A DNA stretch of 64,000 bases from Raillietiella orientalis (Eukaryota), in the NCBI GenBank assembly GCA_036172245.1, contig JAYWIR010000020.1, positions 310,001-374,000 on the forward strand, in the 5' to 3' direction. The notes beneath the pieces were generated by a model that worked only from the letters and a program-made list of their open reading frames with translations, did no database searches and was not told the DNA's origin. Numbering within the stretch: position 1 is the first letter of the stretch; the number at the start of each line of letters is the position of its first letter. The position numbers and the translations under genes were made by a program. This document shows, piece by piece, positions 50,664-64,000 of the stretch.

Positions 50664-51398
50664 ATGGGCAAAACCAAAGGAAACGTGAAAGTACATGATG
50701 TTAATACTATTCATCCACAGAGTCGTAAAGCAAAACAGCTTCTTAGGAAAAAACACAGGTGATATTTATATCCAGCGGATCAAATCATTATTTTTCAAAA
50801 TGGTTGAATGTATTAGAAGCAGTCACCACTTTCACAAGAAACATATTTTCATTGATCAAAATGGAATCCTAAAACAATAACTTTCAGGTTAGTGAAAAAG
50901 GAACATCAAAAGCTCACAGGTCTTCAAAAACTTGGTGCCCTGGGTGACAAACTGGTATGGTTCAAAGATAATCTCATTGAAGATAGAGATACATTTACTC
51001 CAAAAGAAGTATATGAACTAATGGAAAGGTTTGTTTGTTCACTGAAGATATTTTTTAACGGGAAAAATCAGGTTTTTGCATCGATTTGATGCAGAAATGG
51101 AGCAGATAGCAATAAAGAACTCCCTAAAATACAGAAAGAGACAACATGCTTCCAGGGAAGATTTACTCAGACTGACTATAGATAAAGAACTAAATGAGTT
51201 TCTCACATGTGGGATAGGTAGCATGAATATCAAATATTTAGTGACCCCGAATTATTTTCAGAAACTGCAGACTTACTCAATCAAGGTAATGTTCATGCAT
51301 TGAGGAATTGGAATGGAGAGTTAAGATATGTGGCAAACATTCTATTAACCAGATATAACAAAGAAAAGTTACAGGAATTAATTAAAACAAACACATGA
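50664..51398 (+). CDS. TMA16: Translation machinery-associated protein 16, 4 exons, ~172 aa
   Basis: Exons 50664-50758, 50888-51028, 51072-51217, 51262-51398 in frame; IHPQSRKAKQL, GDKLVWFK, RFDAEMEQI, RQHASREDLL, DLL...LRNWNGEL. Confidence 0.9.
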
Positions 51399-52141
51399 AA
51401 TTGTGCTAAATAATTAACAAGCATTTTTAACAGTGATGTAGTTATTAAGAGCATAATTTACCATTAAGAATTTGTCAATCTACTTCCCATATTTAGTTTT
51501 AGGTCAATATCTTGTCATTATACTATAAACAATTTGTGGTATATGGTAAACACAGTCCCCCCACATGAAATCTGTAGAGAAATCTGTAAAGAAATTGTGA
51601 CCTAAAAAAAAACACATCAAATGGGCTGGGGTAATGACACAAATCATTATTGACTTCAAGATATGCATTTAATGCAAGATGTTTTGAAGGTTCTGAATTT
51701 GTTAGGACTTAAGGGTTTGTTAGGGCTAATTTAGGGACTGGACTAATTTTCAAGTTGGAATCTTAAAGAAGATGGATTTCTCTCTTTGTATCTCTTTTTG
51801 AAGTTATGGACACAATGTAGTGTTGTGTGTATTTATTACAAATGTAAACCTTAAAAACAGGATTGCTATAGAAATTCTTTTATGCATCGAGATTAGACAT
51901 TCTGCTAACAAATGTATGGCAAAAGGGCCATATTCTGTTCCAAAGTACAATTCAATGAAAAAATACAGTAATGATCCACAAGAACAATCAATAAATAAGA
52001 TTTGGCTTCAAGTGAAAGTAGTGATGTGTGCTGAAATATCAAATATTTAAGATATGTGTTTTGTGTTTTCTTATGTTTGAACTCAGGATTCTTCTGGTCC
52101 TAAGTTCTCACAGCACCTTGTTCCAAAGTATTGGTCAGTGA

Positions 52142-55100
52142 CTACATTAACTGATATTTGTCGATATCCAACTGCTGATGTAAAATGCCAGAAAGAATAG
52201 CCTCACTGCTGACAACTGTCATGCCAGGTTTCCACAAATGCTGATCTTCCACACAAGATACCACAAATGCTGTGGTTTTTTGTTTTCTCTGTGGCCAAAG
52301 ACGGAGAATTCGACCACCAGAGTATTCAATAAGCTCTATAAAGGAAAAAACTAAATATATGTACTCATCACTACTTCACACCTTGCATGACTTCCGGAGG
52401 TGGCTCCACTTGCTTGGTCACATGTACCATGTAACCTTGCAGCAACTTCTTTTTCCGTGCTGCCATCAGACTTGCTTGTAGCTGAAAACCAAATTGCTGT
52501 TCCCCTTGTTTATCAGTTAATAAATGATCCCAAGGATCTATGATAGCAATTTAGCTAGTAAATAAACTGATCTGTTCTCACTCACCAGGAACACAATACT
52601 TCCACTGAGATGCACCTAACCATTTTAGATTCACAATTGGACAGCCACGGGCCATCATCTTCAAGAATTTTGCTGTTCGACGCACCTTGTCTGTAACTAA
52701 TACATCTGCCTGCTTGCAGGAATCCACCACCGCACAGCCTGTTCACCCAAATGCCACTGATGAACAGAGCTTTTTCCTACCATATGTTTGCAGCATGGTT
52801 GTGCTTGGTTCATATTGAATGCCTGTGAACAGGATGCGTAGCCCTTGATTTGAATCTGAAGAGTTTGTTGTACTCCTTTTAGGTGTTCTGCACTTTGGAG
52901 ATGATCCACTCTTGGAAGGAAGTTTCTTGCTGTTACGAACCACCTGTTTTTTGGGTGGTGTAGTATTTACTTTGTTACATTTGTTGACAGTTATTTCAGT
53001 GTGCTGTTGTTTTTTTCTTTTTGCTGAACTTGGTTCCTGATTGTGTTCACTTTGTTGCTCATCTGACTTGCATGATATACGGCGGGAATTTCGTTGCATC
53101 CTTTCTGGACATATTTTCCGGGTGCGTAGTCGAGAATTCCAAAACGTATTCTCTGGTGACAGTTGATTGTGACTGATTTCGCTATCGGAATCATCTGAAT
53201 TTGAGATGCGCTGATCGGAACTTCTGCCTGAATTCTTGGTTGCATCATTCGAAAGTTTAGTTTTAAGCTTACTTGCTTGCTTGACACTACGTTTCTTTCT
53301 AAGCCTGATTGTTTTTGTTTGCAGTTGTAAGTCTTTAGATACGCAAATTACTGGCTGTAAAAGTTGACATTCTTCCACCAGCTTACATTCATCTTGAGAA
53401 ATTCTTAAAGTTCCATCTTTCGAATTTAGAAACAATTTAGGGTCTCTTTTTTTAGAACTTCTATGTGGTTTCGCAGGACAAAGTTCCAAACAGGATTCAC
53501 TTGGGGTTTTCACTTTTTCATTGGAGCTCCTAATGCCATCTTGTGGAGGAGATCTCGTTAACTTTTGCAATTTGGCTCTGGTAATCCGCCTTGTAGTGGA
53601 TTCAGAGCTTAATTCCTGGTTCTGTTTACCATGAATAGTTACTCTGCTGACACTAGAATTTTGACAACACATGGCAGCATCTGCTTTCACTAAATTATCA
53701 AGTTTGTTGGATTGATCCGTGTTACTATGTTTGAAATTTTCTGCTTCTCTTGAAAAGATAGTATTAGATATTTCTTTGCAAAAAGAGGAAATGCTTGTTT
53801 TCTGTGAAATATTTGCAAAACCCTCAGAATCTTCCATATCAGTACTCATTTCCTCAGATTCTTCTCCAATATCTGCAGTGCGGTGTGTGCTCATCAAATC
53901 AAGATACTCATCATCCATGCACAAAAGATTCTCTGATTTCGATGAATTATTCGATGGTGAATTATTATAACTCTTACGTTCCTCTTCCAGTGCTGCTGTT
54001 GGACTCATTTTCTGAGAGTCACTGGTTGCAGATGAAGTATGATGTTCCTTATAACTACGTTGAGGTGTAGATTGGCGCAATGCAGTGTTATTCATCAATT
54101 CTTTTTCTTCTGCAGCTTCATCAATATTGCTAGTTTCGAAACTAGATACACCCATATAACCCTGATCATTCTTATCAACACAACACTGAAAACTAGATTC
54201 ACCACAAAGAGGCAACATATATGACTGTTCACCAGTATTATTTTCATCATTTCCATTGGTTAGATTTGCTACATTTGGGTTGGAAATAAACACTTGGGTG
54301 GGCATGTCGTAAATATCCTCTACAGATTTAGATGGAACTTCATTTTCATGTATCACATTGTCTGTTAAAGCCATGCCTTCTAAAGGATATAATTGAGTGG
54401 ATTCCTCTAAGTCCATATCATCCTCCAAATTATCAATATCATCCAAATTATCATCTGAATCCGGAATTATATTATTGGCACTGAAAGCATCTTCCATGAC
54501 AGTCTCTGTATATTGCTGATTTGAACTTCTGCTATCCACTTTGGTTTCTTCATTAGGTTTTTCCAAATTTTGTGAAACAGTGTTTTCCCAACAATGCACC
54601 TGAACAGCTTCTTGAGTAGCCGGAACACAAGAAATATCTCCATCATGAGAAGATTCCTCTTCTACTCTTGATACTCTTAAAACTGCAGATACATTACCAA
54701 ATGAAAGTTTCTCATTGTCCTTTAAGGAGTAACGTACAAAGGGATGAAGAACTCTCTAAATAAAACTTATGAATGAAAAAAATACAAATCTCTATACCTT
54801 GCCAATACGTGTCCGATTATGACTATCAAGATCATACACAAGGAAATCATCCATGCCTGCAACATCAATGACAGCATGTTCTTTTGATACTGTCTACAAA
54901 ACAAGATCTGCATCAAAAAGTGTGGGATTAATTAGTAAAACAATTAATGATAATTCTTCTTCTTCTTCAAAAAAAAAGGTGAATACAAAAACGTCGCACA
55001 TCTTACCGGATTATTTAAAACGATCACACAGTGGCGACCATCTCTTCCAATTTTATTTTCTCCAGGAACTAATGCAAATTCCCCAACATCCGTCCGCAAA

Positions 55101-55340
55101 AATACACAAGGCACCTTCAAAATAAATTTTAGATTATGGAGGTTAATAAATAGTTCAGATTTCAAACGCAATTTCAGTTATCTCTTTCTCAATTTTTGTT
55201 TTTCAATAATTCAAGCTATGGAAACAATTCCAAGTATAATTTCAATGAGTTGAAAGTTTTCTTACTGTTTGGGTAGCAGCATTTTCTAGATCACTTAGAT
55301 TTATTTCTTGGGTTGCATCCAAACATGAATCCTCCATCAT
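52142..55340 (-). CDS. MDC1: Mediator of DNA damage checkpoint 1-like (N-terminal FHA, disordered middle, tandem BRCT), 7 exons, ~918 aa
   Basis: Exons 55340-55266, 55114-55007, 54893-54798, 54755-52781, 52738-52586, 52537-52382, 52335-52142 in frame; FHA GENKIGR / SKEHA / DLDSHN; BRCT ILFTG, LVTDKVRRTAKFL, VEPPPEVM..LIEYSGG. Confidence 0.88.
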
Positions 55341-58300
55341 AAATTCTGCTACTAGTTTTCCAAACTATATTTTACAAATGGCATTGACTGTGTTCTTGTC
55401 AATGTCATCAGTGATAATTATCTAAGTAAACTGTTTCATAAGACTTGCTTAAAATGATCGGAAAAATGCCAAGATGAATGTGTTTACAAGACATATGTTT
55501 GCTAGAACATATTTCTTATTCAGGTTCTCCATTCCCATCCTGAATAAATTATTCAGGGTTATTAAAAACAGTTGAATTTAAGACCATAAGTATCAAAATG
55601 AAACAACTTTGACATTTATTACACTGAAACAAGCACAAGCTCCGACAGTTCTGCTCAAAATTAAAATCAGAGTTTTACCGCACCGCGTGTTCATTGCAAA
55701 CATGAGCTCACATTCTTATACTTGTCATCATAATAATAAACATACTTGCTTGAATGTGGGAACACCATGTTCCAATGAACCACTTTGGGCATACACATAA
55801 ATATACCTACAAATTACCGCCTGACTGATTTCAGAGATATATGTCGGCATGACGATACTTTTAGAAACAAGGATTTCTAAGGGAAAAACACATTAAAAAT
55901 AAACAATTAGCAGGAAACCAAAAGGGGAACTGGTATCAAAAACGAATTTACGCTCAAAAACGCTCTGGAAAACGTATGTTCTTGACATAACTTTTGTGAT
56001 ATCTCTTAGCAATGTAATGGTATACAATTGCAGAACACGGATGCATGCAAATTCGCTTTCACAAATTTCTAGCTTACAAACACAGAAATCGGGGTGATTT
56101 CCGATAAATACGAGTTTCATAAGCCTGTCATTTTAAATTTCTCAACTATTTCAAAGACGTGCAGCAACTCCAAAGATTTCACTTGCCATCAACGCCATCC
56201 AGCCAGCTTCTGCTGCTTTCCACTTGCATTGAATAGTTTTTGCTTGTACACTTTTTGCATCGAATTTTCCATTTCTGTTGTGCTTAACAAATTTTCTTCC
56301 TTTATGCTGTTCGGTGATAAATGAATGCAAATTGAGTGATCTCTATGAGAACAAATCAGAGCTTTCAGAGTTTGAAAGTTCACTCATGGAAATTGATGTT
56401 TGCTACAATGATTCGTCGATGATCCCCAAAAATTCATTTCGCGAAACTCGATGTTGAATATTCCAAGAACGGTTGCATCCACCGAATATCTATAACTTGG
56501 GAGAGCCTCTGGCAACCCTGACAGATTCGTGACTGCTTTGCAAGATGCATCGTCATGGAGCCCGGCATCCGTAACATTCGTAAAGACCGTTCTATGCTCC
56601 CATTACAATCCCGAAATTGCACTCGAAATATAACGGCAATGCACATCGCAAAGTAGGTGCATGGATAACCTGAACTGTGTACTGCGAAGAGTTACGGATC
56701 ACGAGATGAGGATCCTGCTATTCACTAAAAACTTTGTGAAATGTTTACTTGGAGTGACGAGTTAAAAAAAAAAAAAAAACTTTGGGAAGAATTCCTTCAG
56801 TGAGAAGTTGGCACTTTTTTGTGTTCACGGATCTTTTGTCTACAGGTGTTGATATGATTGCATCCATTATGCAATTCATGCCTCATCTTGGAATCTTTGA
56901 CTTGCATCCAACGTGAAAACATTCTGTGACGCACATTCGTCTGGAAGATATGCAAACGGTCAAAGGTTTTCGCAATAGACTTCCGTTGCGGAGCAAATAA
57001 TTTCAAAGCTTGCTGGAAAAGTTTTGCATCTTCTTTGTCCAGGTTACTGGTGATACTTCTTGATCTTGGTGTCTCAAGACTCAGTAATGTTCACACTCTC
57101 TCCCCGTGATTTTGAATACACTCTATTCTGGTATAATCGATCTCTTGATCCAAGGTGCGGCATGCAAATGCTGTTGCTCCCAATCAGTCGAAATAATCCA
57201 AGATCCTTGAAAAAAAAAAAAAAAAACAGGTTCCCAGAAATTTCTTCAATTTTTTTCTTCCCCTTTTCAACTATGAACTAGTTCGCTGGACTTTCACCGA
57301 AAACGAAGAGCGATTGCTTCCCTGTAGGATTTCACGTGTTCGAACCGGAGGATCGCCATGGTCTCTCTTTCGACTTTCTAAGGGGAATTCTTGGTTTGGC
57401 TTCGATAACAAATACGTACATTAAGAAACCACCAGAACTAGTACTCGAACTGGCACCTGAATTCAGTATACTCTACAAATTAAAGGCTTAGGTGACAGTC
57501 AACTCGTGATGGGAAGTCGGATGAGTTTATTGCATAACAGAAAGACTCGTAAATCTCATTTTAACTATTCTTTCTCAATAATTCGGACCGTTTCTTCATA
57601 TGAAACCAACCTGTTAATGAATAAATAAGGAATTCAATTGAATCGTATACGTTTCTGGATTTCATTTCACCAAAGAACTTTAGAAGATCTGTTGGAAACA
57701 ACCGACAACGGATAAAGGGATAAAGTTTTAAAGTGCAAAAGTGTTCAAAAAAAAACAAACGAACATACTTCTTAAAAGCAAAACGCAGACCAGATTGCAA
57801 TTAAACGTGTGACTTAAATAAAAGTAGACGGTCAACAACCGTTTCGAGTATTATTTTGGCAATGCTTCACATACTTATTTCTCACATTCTAAAGTTTGCA
57901 TTTTATTAAGGCGACAAGAAATCAGTTTACGGGGTGAGTAGGCTCGCTTTAAAGAACAAGGAGTAAACACATATTGCTTCTATCGTGAAAAGATACGGTA
58001 CAATCATGAAACAGTACGATCACGGCAGCCATACTACTGCAGTACAATAATCAAGTCCAATGCAACCTTGAAACTTTTCAAATTCTGGACCCGTAAGTGT
58101 CTGTACATCTTCAAAGCACAAAGGTCAACGATTTTGCTATGCATTTGTTACGACAGATTTTTTTGAAAAAATTCTCGAAAACGCAACGCACCCTCTGGGG
58201 GAGACAAATGCTTGTGGGCTTCTAAGATCATCGCATTTTCCTCATTACAATTCTCGCTAAAACTTCACAATCGACATTCCATACATGGACAAAGTTTGCA

Positions 58301-60375
58301 TAGAAATTACGACTTTTTAACTACACTGTGCGTACGGAATTAACTATCAAAGCTTTAAGAAACACGAGACCTGGAAATGAACACCAGGCAAGTTTCGAAC
58401 TGCTGCTTTAGGCATTAAAAAACATCGAGCCAAACGTGTGGATTCGAAGTGCACACAGCAAACGTACTTCATCTTCAGTGCAGAACATCCCGAGCTGTAA
58501 GTACAAAATCTTTTGGACGCATAACGAAGGAGTTTTAGCCTCAAACCACGTGTTTGCTTTGCATGAGTACACAGCATACATGTTTTTTTTTTTTTTTTCT
58601 TAATTGTTAGTCAAACCAATAACCGTTCACATGACAATACATGCATCACATAAATATCCATTGAAATATCGTTTTTCAAACTTCGTATGCAGTGAATACA
58701 AGCCACAGAATACGCGTACTGCTGTATTGCAGGAGAAATTATTTAAGGATTTGGATAGGGGCATTTCATTAACATGAAGCACACAGCTACTTGTTTGTAA
58801 TTACTCGCAAATGTAACTCACAAAATATGCATGGCATATCTCTCGTATGTTCTGTTTTCTACAACTAGTTACTCAAGATTCCAAATAGCTTAATCATTTC
58901 ATCGTTTAAACTGTTTATAGAGAATCAGTGCCATCTCCACGTTCTCTACCTTGAACTTTACGAATTATATGTTAACAAAACACACGCGTATAATCGTTGG
59001 TATTATTACTAAAAAGCACAGAATTCGAAAACTCACGGAATTTCTTTAAATACAAAAACAAATTGCAAGAGTAACTTGATTTAACATTCAGAGGAATTCA
59101 ATTCATAATCATGGATCCTGTTTTCTTTTATCGGGCAATCGTTTCCTATATTTCCACCACAATGCAATTTCGTAAGACTTCACCCGTCGAATTCTCAGCT
59201 TAAAAGAACATGAACACAATACTGCTTCACAGAAACTTGCGGCCGCATACTGAGCATAGGAAAACGAAAATATACGCAACAGTTTTAAAAAAAAGAAATA
59301 ATACACTTCCGGAAAGAAACAACAGAAAAGTAGAGGGTAATCCTTCTTTCACTGAGCATTTTTCAAAAACCGCAGTCCCCCCCCCCCCCCACCAGCAATG
59401 TAACGTTCATTAACCACACAATCATTTGATGGGATACCAGTAATATACCAAAAGTGCCCTTCTAAATGAGATATGCAATAATTTGCTTGCCGAATTACTG
59501 CAGTTCACATTAGAATTGCACACCTGAGGCAATGAATGTGCATCGGGGTATCCAAATCATGAGAACCTCTTTCCAGAATATCACTGAATGAATGGCGACA
59601 TAAATAAATAAACAAATATATATAAATGCATTGTAGAAACTGTATAGATGCAGGGATTTCAACATAAAACTGCTGCTGCTTCACTCTTGGTTAACTCATT
59701 ATAGGAAGCCTTGACAGAAATGAAAACACGTCACAAAGCTGAACGCTTACCAAAGAACCATTAGACAATCTTATTTAAGCTCTCAGATTCCGTCAGTGCT
59801 AAGCACAGAGCTGGCTATACCGACGAGTTCGCAACTCGTTTGCTTTCAATTACGAATTTGCTGCATTACTTCCAACTTATTTACAGATCTCAAATCAAGT
59901 CAGTAGCTTCACCCGGAAGATTTTATGACATTTGGAAAGCTCCGTGCAAACGTCATATGGTGATCGTCCGATAACACAATGAACATTTCTCAAGTCACCA
60001 CTCATCTGTAAAAACTGTAAACTATAAATCAGTAAAGGATTTATTCTCAGATGGAAAATGATTTTGGAGCTCATGTTACACTCTAAGCTCTTTCGAATTT
60101 AATTGCTTTATGGAGTGACTTTGCAAATTAAACATGTCTGGTAATTTCATAAATGTTAGTTCTTTGGTAGATCGAAAATAGAATAAAATGCTATTCACGC
60201 ACACTATAAATTAAAAGGCAGCAACATAAACCATATCACGATTGTGTTGAAAGAACTTTTCAAATTTTGGGGGGGCATTGGGAATAAATAAATACGGGAG
60301 AAATTATTGCACTTCCGCACCGTGGAAGTAAATCAGAAGTTCATATCACAGGTTCCATGTTTGCTGAAGTGTCTG

Positions 60376-63147
60376 CTACCTAGACTGTGACTGCTCCTTC
60401 TTGGAGTCTGCTGAAAGATCGAGTGATCGGATGGGGGATGGAGTTAACTTTATATGATTTTGGCTTGCTGCAATAAGAGGGGGTGGAACTCCGGGAGAAG
60501 GAAAAAATCCTGATTCCAACTTTGTAGAAAATGGGGTGCCATTGACTAGAGGAGAGTTCAAATAAGAGGAGGACGGGCAAGGGGCGAAAAAATTCAACTT
60601 TGAACTGAAGGGATCAACAAACGATGGAACTGGAAGGCGGAAACGATCATAGGGCTCCTGATGGTGAGAATGGATAGTTCCTACATTCAAAGGGTCTCTT
60701 GAGAAACTGCGATTTGCATTCCAAACACAACTGTCAATACTACTGCAAGAGTCCACGTCTCTCAATCTTTCCCGATCCCTCTTCTCCTCTCCTGCCTGCT
60801 TCATTAGATACCGCTCCTTCTGATGCTCTAATTCTCGCAGACGTATATCCCGGTCTCTTTCTGCTGCCCTGATTACATACGAACATCATATCAATCTTCT
60901 CCACCACAGAAAGTTACGCACTTTAGGTCAGATCTCCTTTCCTTATCCATTAAATATGGATCCTGTTTACCAGCCCAAGGATTCAGGAAGCTGATAGAAA
61001 TTTGGTGCTTAATAAGTCATGCAGAATAAGTCATGTAATCTTACCGCAGCCATGGATCAGATGGTGCGCATGGTATTCCCAACAGTTCTCGATCCCGACC
61101 AAATAACCCTGAAGACAGACTGGAGTAACAGGGAGAACTGGAATTTACAGAAGGAAATCGACCAAGGGCCCCTGGTATCGAGGGCCAGGTAATTCCGGAA
61201 GGAAAGGGAGGCCATCCTTTCACATCTGACTGTGTAAAAGGGGGAAACACTCTAGACGAAGGGGAATCAAAGTGCATCCGATGACTAGATAAAGGAGTCC
61301 CTGCAGATTCCAACAAAGACACAGGCAAATCAGGAAGGCGGCCCACGCATGGCAGAGGGCTTTGACCAAGGGAATGTTTACCAGCAGATCCATCCACAGG
61401 AGGCTTCTGCTGAGCTTTGCATATTTCCCATGCAATGTGTACGTGCATGGCATTCCAACGACCATGTTTCTGATGTCCTCTCTCAGAAAAGTTCCTTCTC
61501 ATCTCTAACAGTTTTCTTACTTTTGGAAGGAAAGATCCCACATGACTATTTGGAAGAAAAGTTGTAGAGGCTGCAGCTGGAGTGCTTGAGGGCAACAAGG
61601 GAGAGATGGTAGGAAATGTAGAATTCACTCCTGGTCTATAGAAAGGAGAGTCCACTCCTCCAAGTTTAGGAAGTTCCTTCAGCTAAAAGACAAACATCAG
61701 CACATGAAACTCGATGAATGCTACATACTAATGGGGATGTGAGCAGTGATGCACTTGTGCCAAATGCTCCTAACAATGAATTATGATGAACTGGAAGATC
61801 AGAACGCAAAAAGCTCGAAGAGCACAATCTGTCTTGAGTTGAAGGCAGAAATCTATTATCCAACTCCCTCCGCAAGAACATTGAGCCTTCAGAAAAAATA
61901 CTCATCGGAATTGACAACCTTCACTATTCACCTGATGGCAGAGAATCTGATGCATATGGCACTGTGCTAAGTGGATGCAGTGCAGAAGCGAACAAACCAC
62001 TCTGTTGCAATTGAGAAGGAAAGCCTGCTGGTAAGGTGGGTTGTTGAAATGTATGGGTGGGGGACTGCAGACCAGTAGGCAAGCTGAGAGGAAGGGCGGT
62101 TGACAAATTGCTGTGTATGGAAAGTCAATTAATTCTCTGCTACTTGCCTACCTTATAGGGAAGTGCTTAGCAAATGATGTTCCTGGTGTGGATGCTCCAG
62201 AAAGCGTGGATGATGCCATACTGGTGCTACTCCGATTGCTACTGATTAAATGCTGAAAATGAACATACAAACACAATGTACCTATAAATTTCTCGACTGG
62301 GGCTGGCTAATGAGGAAGTGAGGCTCAAAGTCACTGGTAACTCAACAGAGCCATTGATACTAGTGGCTACAGAAACTGATGTCCGTGAGGAAGACAATAA
62401 ATGATGCGAGCTACAGTGAGATCTTTTGAGGCCATCTCCCATAGAGCGATCACTCGTTGGATATGAAATCTACAAAAAATCTCGAAAATTTCTCGACTAC
62501 TGGAACTTGCCTCTGATCGATTATTGTTCCAAACAAAAACATTTTTGGCACTGGAATGCTCTGTTTTAATTTCGCAATCCTTGGAACTATGTTGTTTCAA
62601 ATTTGACCGATCTCTGGCTAAATTAAGCACTGCTGAATGAAGTGCAGGAACTGTATTCCTTGAACAATGATTGGATACAACTGTACTCTGTGTTGTAGTT
62701 AAATAAGGTTTATGAAGAGGAGGCAAAGAACTACACAGTGGCGTTACAGAGGAAATCAGTCCTCTAGATCCACACATAGAATCCGTTGGTGCTGTTTGAG
62801 AAACTGAACCACGGCTATTACATAAAGATGTAGATTCCACACAATCACTTAATGGTGCTGATGAGTATACAACAGTACATGTAGTATAAGTAGCAGTAAG
62901 AGGGCATGAAACTGGGCTTGAATGGGAAACATCTTTTATTAATGGTGAAGAAGAAACGGGCTTTGGTGAGGAGTAGGAATTAACTATTAATAATTTTGTT
63001 CCATTACTAATTTTTGGAGGCACATCTGGTGATGAATGATCACCTATTATAAACACAAAGTCATTTAATCTGCCACGTAATGTAACATTATTGCAACTTA
63101 CGTTTCCCAGAAGCAAAGAGTTCTGAAGTGAATCCACTGTCAGATGC
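60376..63147 (-). CDS. AUTS2/fibrosin-like (tay bridge family) protein, 3' exons only; 5' exons lie beyond the window
   Basis: Family motifs LRRELDNRFL, PKLGGVDSPFYR, KHGRWNAMHVHIAWEI, DPWLR, RE-rich segment; chain of short introns from exon 63147-63102 to stop at 60376. Confidence 0.85.
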
Positions 63148-63484
63148 CTACAAAATCAAGTAAACAATACAAATGGAAAATGGGAGAGAATATGAATAAT
63201 TATTTATGGATGAAATTAACAGGAACGCAATAAGCTGCTAACAAGTCTAATAGTTGGTGGAATACTATATGAACATACAAAAGAATTCGGTTAAAATTTT
63301 TAAGTTGGTTCAACTCTTATTTATGAATAAATTAAGTGCGCGAAAGATAATTTAAATCACGTCTGAAATAATGAAAATGTTTAACCTGAAGAGTCAAAGC
63401 GACATGATCAAAATGTCCAAAAATAAAAACTAGCGATCCAGCATTTATTACAAACTAAAGTGATCTTTACCATAACGTATTATC

Positions 63485-63506
63485 ATATATATATATATAT
63501 ATATAT
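63485..63506. repeat. (AT)n microsatellite
   Basis: Direct reading of the dinucleotide run. Confidence 0.9.
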
Positions 63507-64000
63507 TCCGCAAAACTCAATACATATGATATTAATTAAAATCAAGAATCACAAGAATGTTCCCAAAAATCAAACTGATTATGTTAAACCTATAAAGTTT
63601 TCTTTAAGTGAGATTTTAACAGCTAAATTCCCATTTTAGTTCCATGTACTTAATGTACTCAATAGTTAAAAAAAAAAATCCAACACGGGAGACAACCTAT
63701 CTTGTCAATCAATATACTGATATTTTAGCACGCACCGTACCAACTTCAATGACACTGTTCCTGTTAAAACCCTTTGTATGAAACGTGATTTGGATCTTTC
63801 AAACATTTGTACTTGCTGAAACATACACAAATCTAAAACTCTTACGCTATCATCATACGGGTGGCAAAACTCGATGACTGGCACTTAATTATAATAAAGA
63901 ATAAGACTAACCATGAATACAATTCATTAAACTTGCGTACCATAACGAAAATCATGAGCTGAAAGAAGATTTTTCAAATACTTCAGAAATCAATATATAC

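Noticed and set aside
50759..50887. Longer first intron of TMA16 as a snoRNA host
   Set aside because: No RUGAUGA/CUGA boxes and too short for a typical two-hairpin H/ACA RNA
51701..51740. TTAGG/TTAGGG-like words
   Set aside because: Three scattered, non-tandem copies; not an interstitial telomere array
1..64000. CRISPR arrays, rRNA, intact tRNA genes, prokaryotic operons
   Set aside because: None seen; the only tRNA-like B boxes belong to the SINE-like repeat

Overview
Eukaryotic (invertebrate, most likely arthropod) genomic DNA with two compositional compartments. Compact, AT-rich housekeeping genes with mostly 40-56 nt introns lie at both ends: ASH2L (+) tail-to-tail with NME6 (-), then TMA16 (+), MDC1 (-) and the 3' part of an AUTS2/FBRSL1/tay-like gene (-). 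Between them lies a 34.7 kb, 19-exon Tequila/GRAAL-type modular serine protease (-) whose GC- and CpG-rich introns carry a fold-back mariner derivative, two nearly identical tRNA-like SINE copies and other inverted repeats. Intergenic DNA holds two decayed NeSL/Utopia-like (RLE) retrotransposon fragments and two 5'-truncated L1/Tx1-like insertions with clear target-site duplications. The most notable observation is that these two divergent L1/Tx1-like elements both end, essentially without a poly(A) tail, in the same AATAAA - CCCGG-N5-CCGGG - TGA hairpin. All gene models were assembled by hand from splice signals and frame continuity; no searches or folding programs were run.
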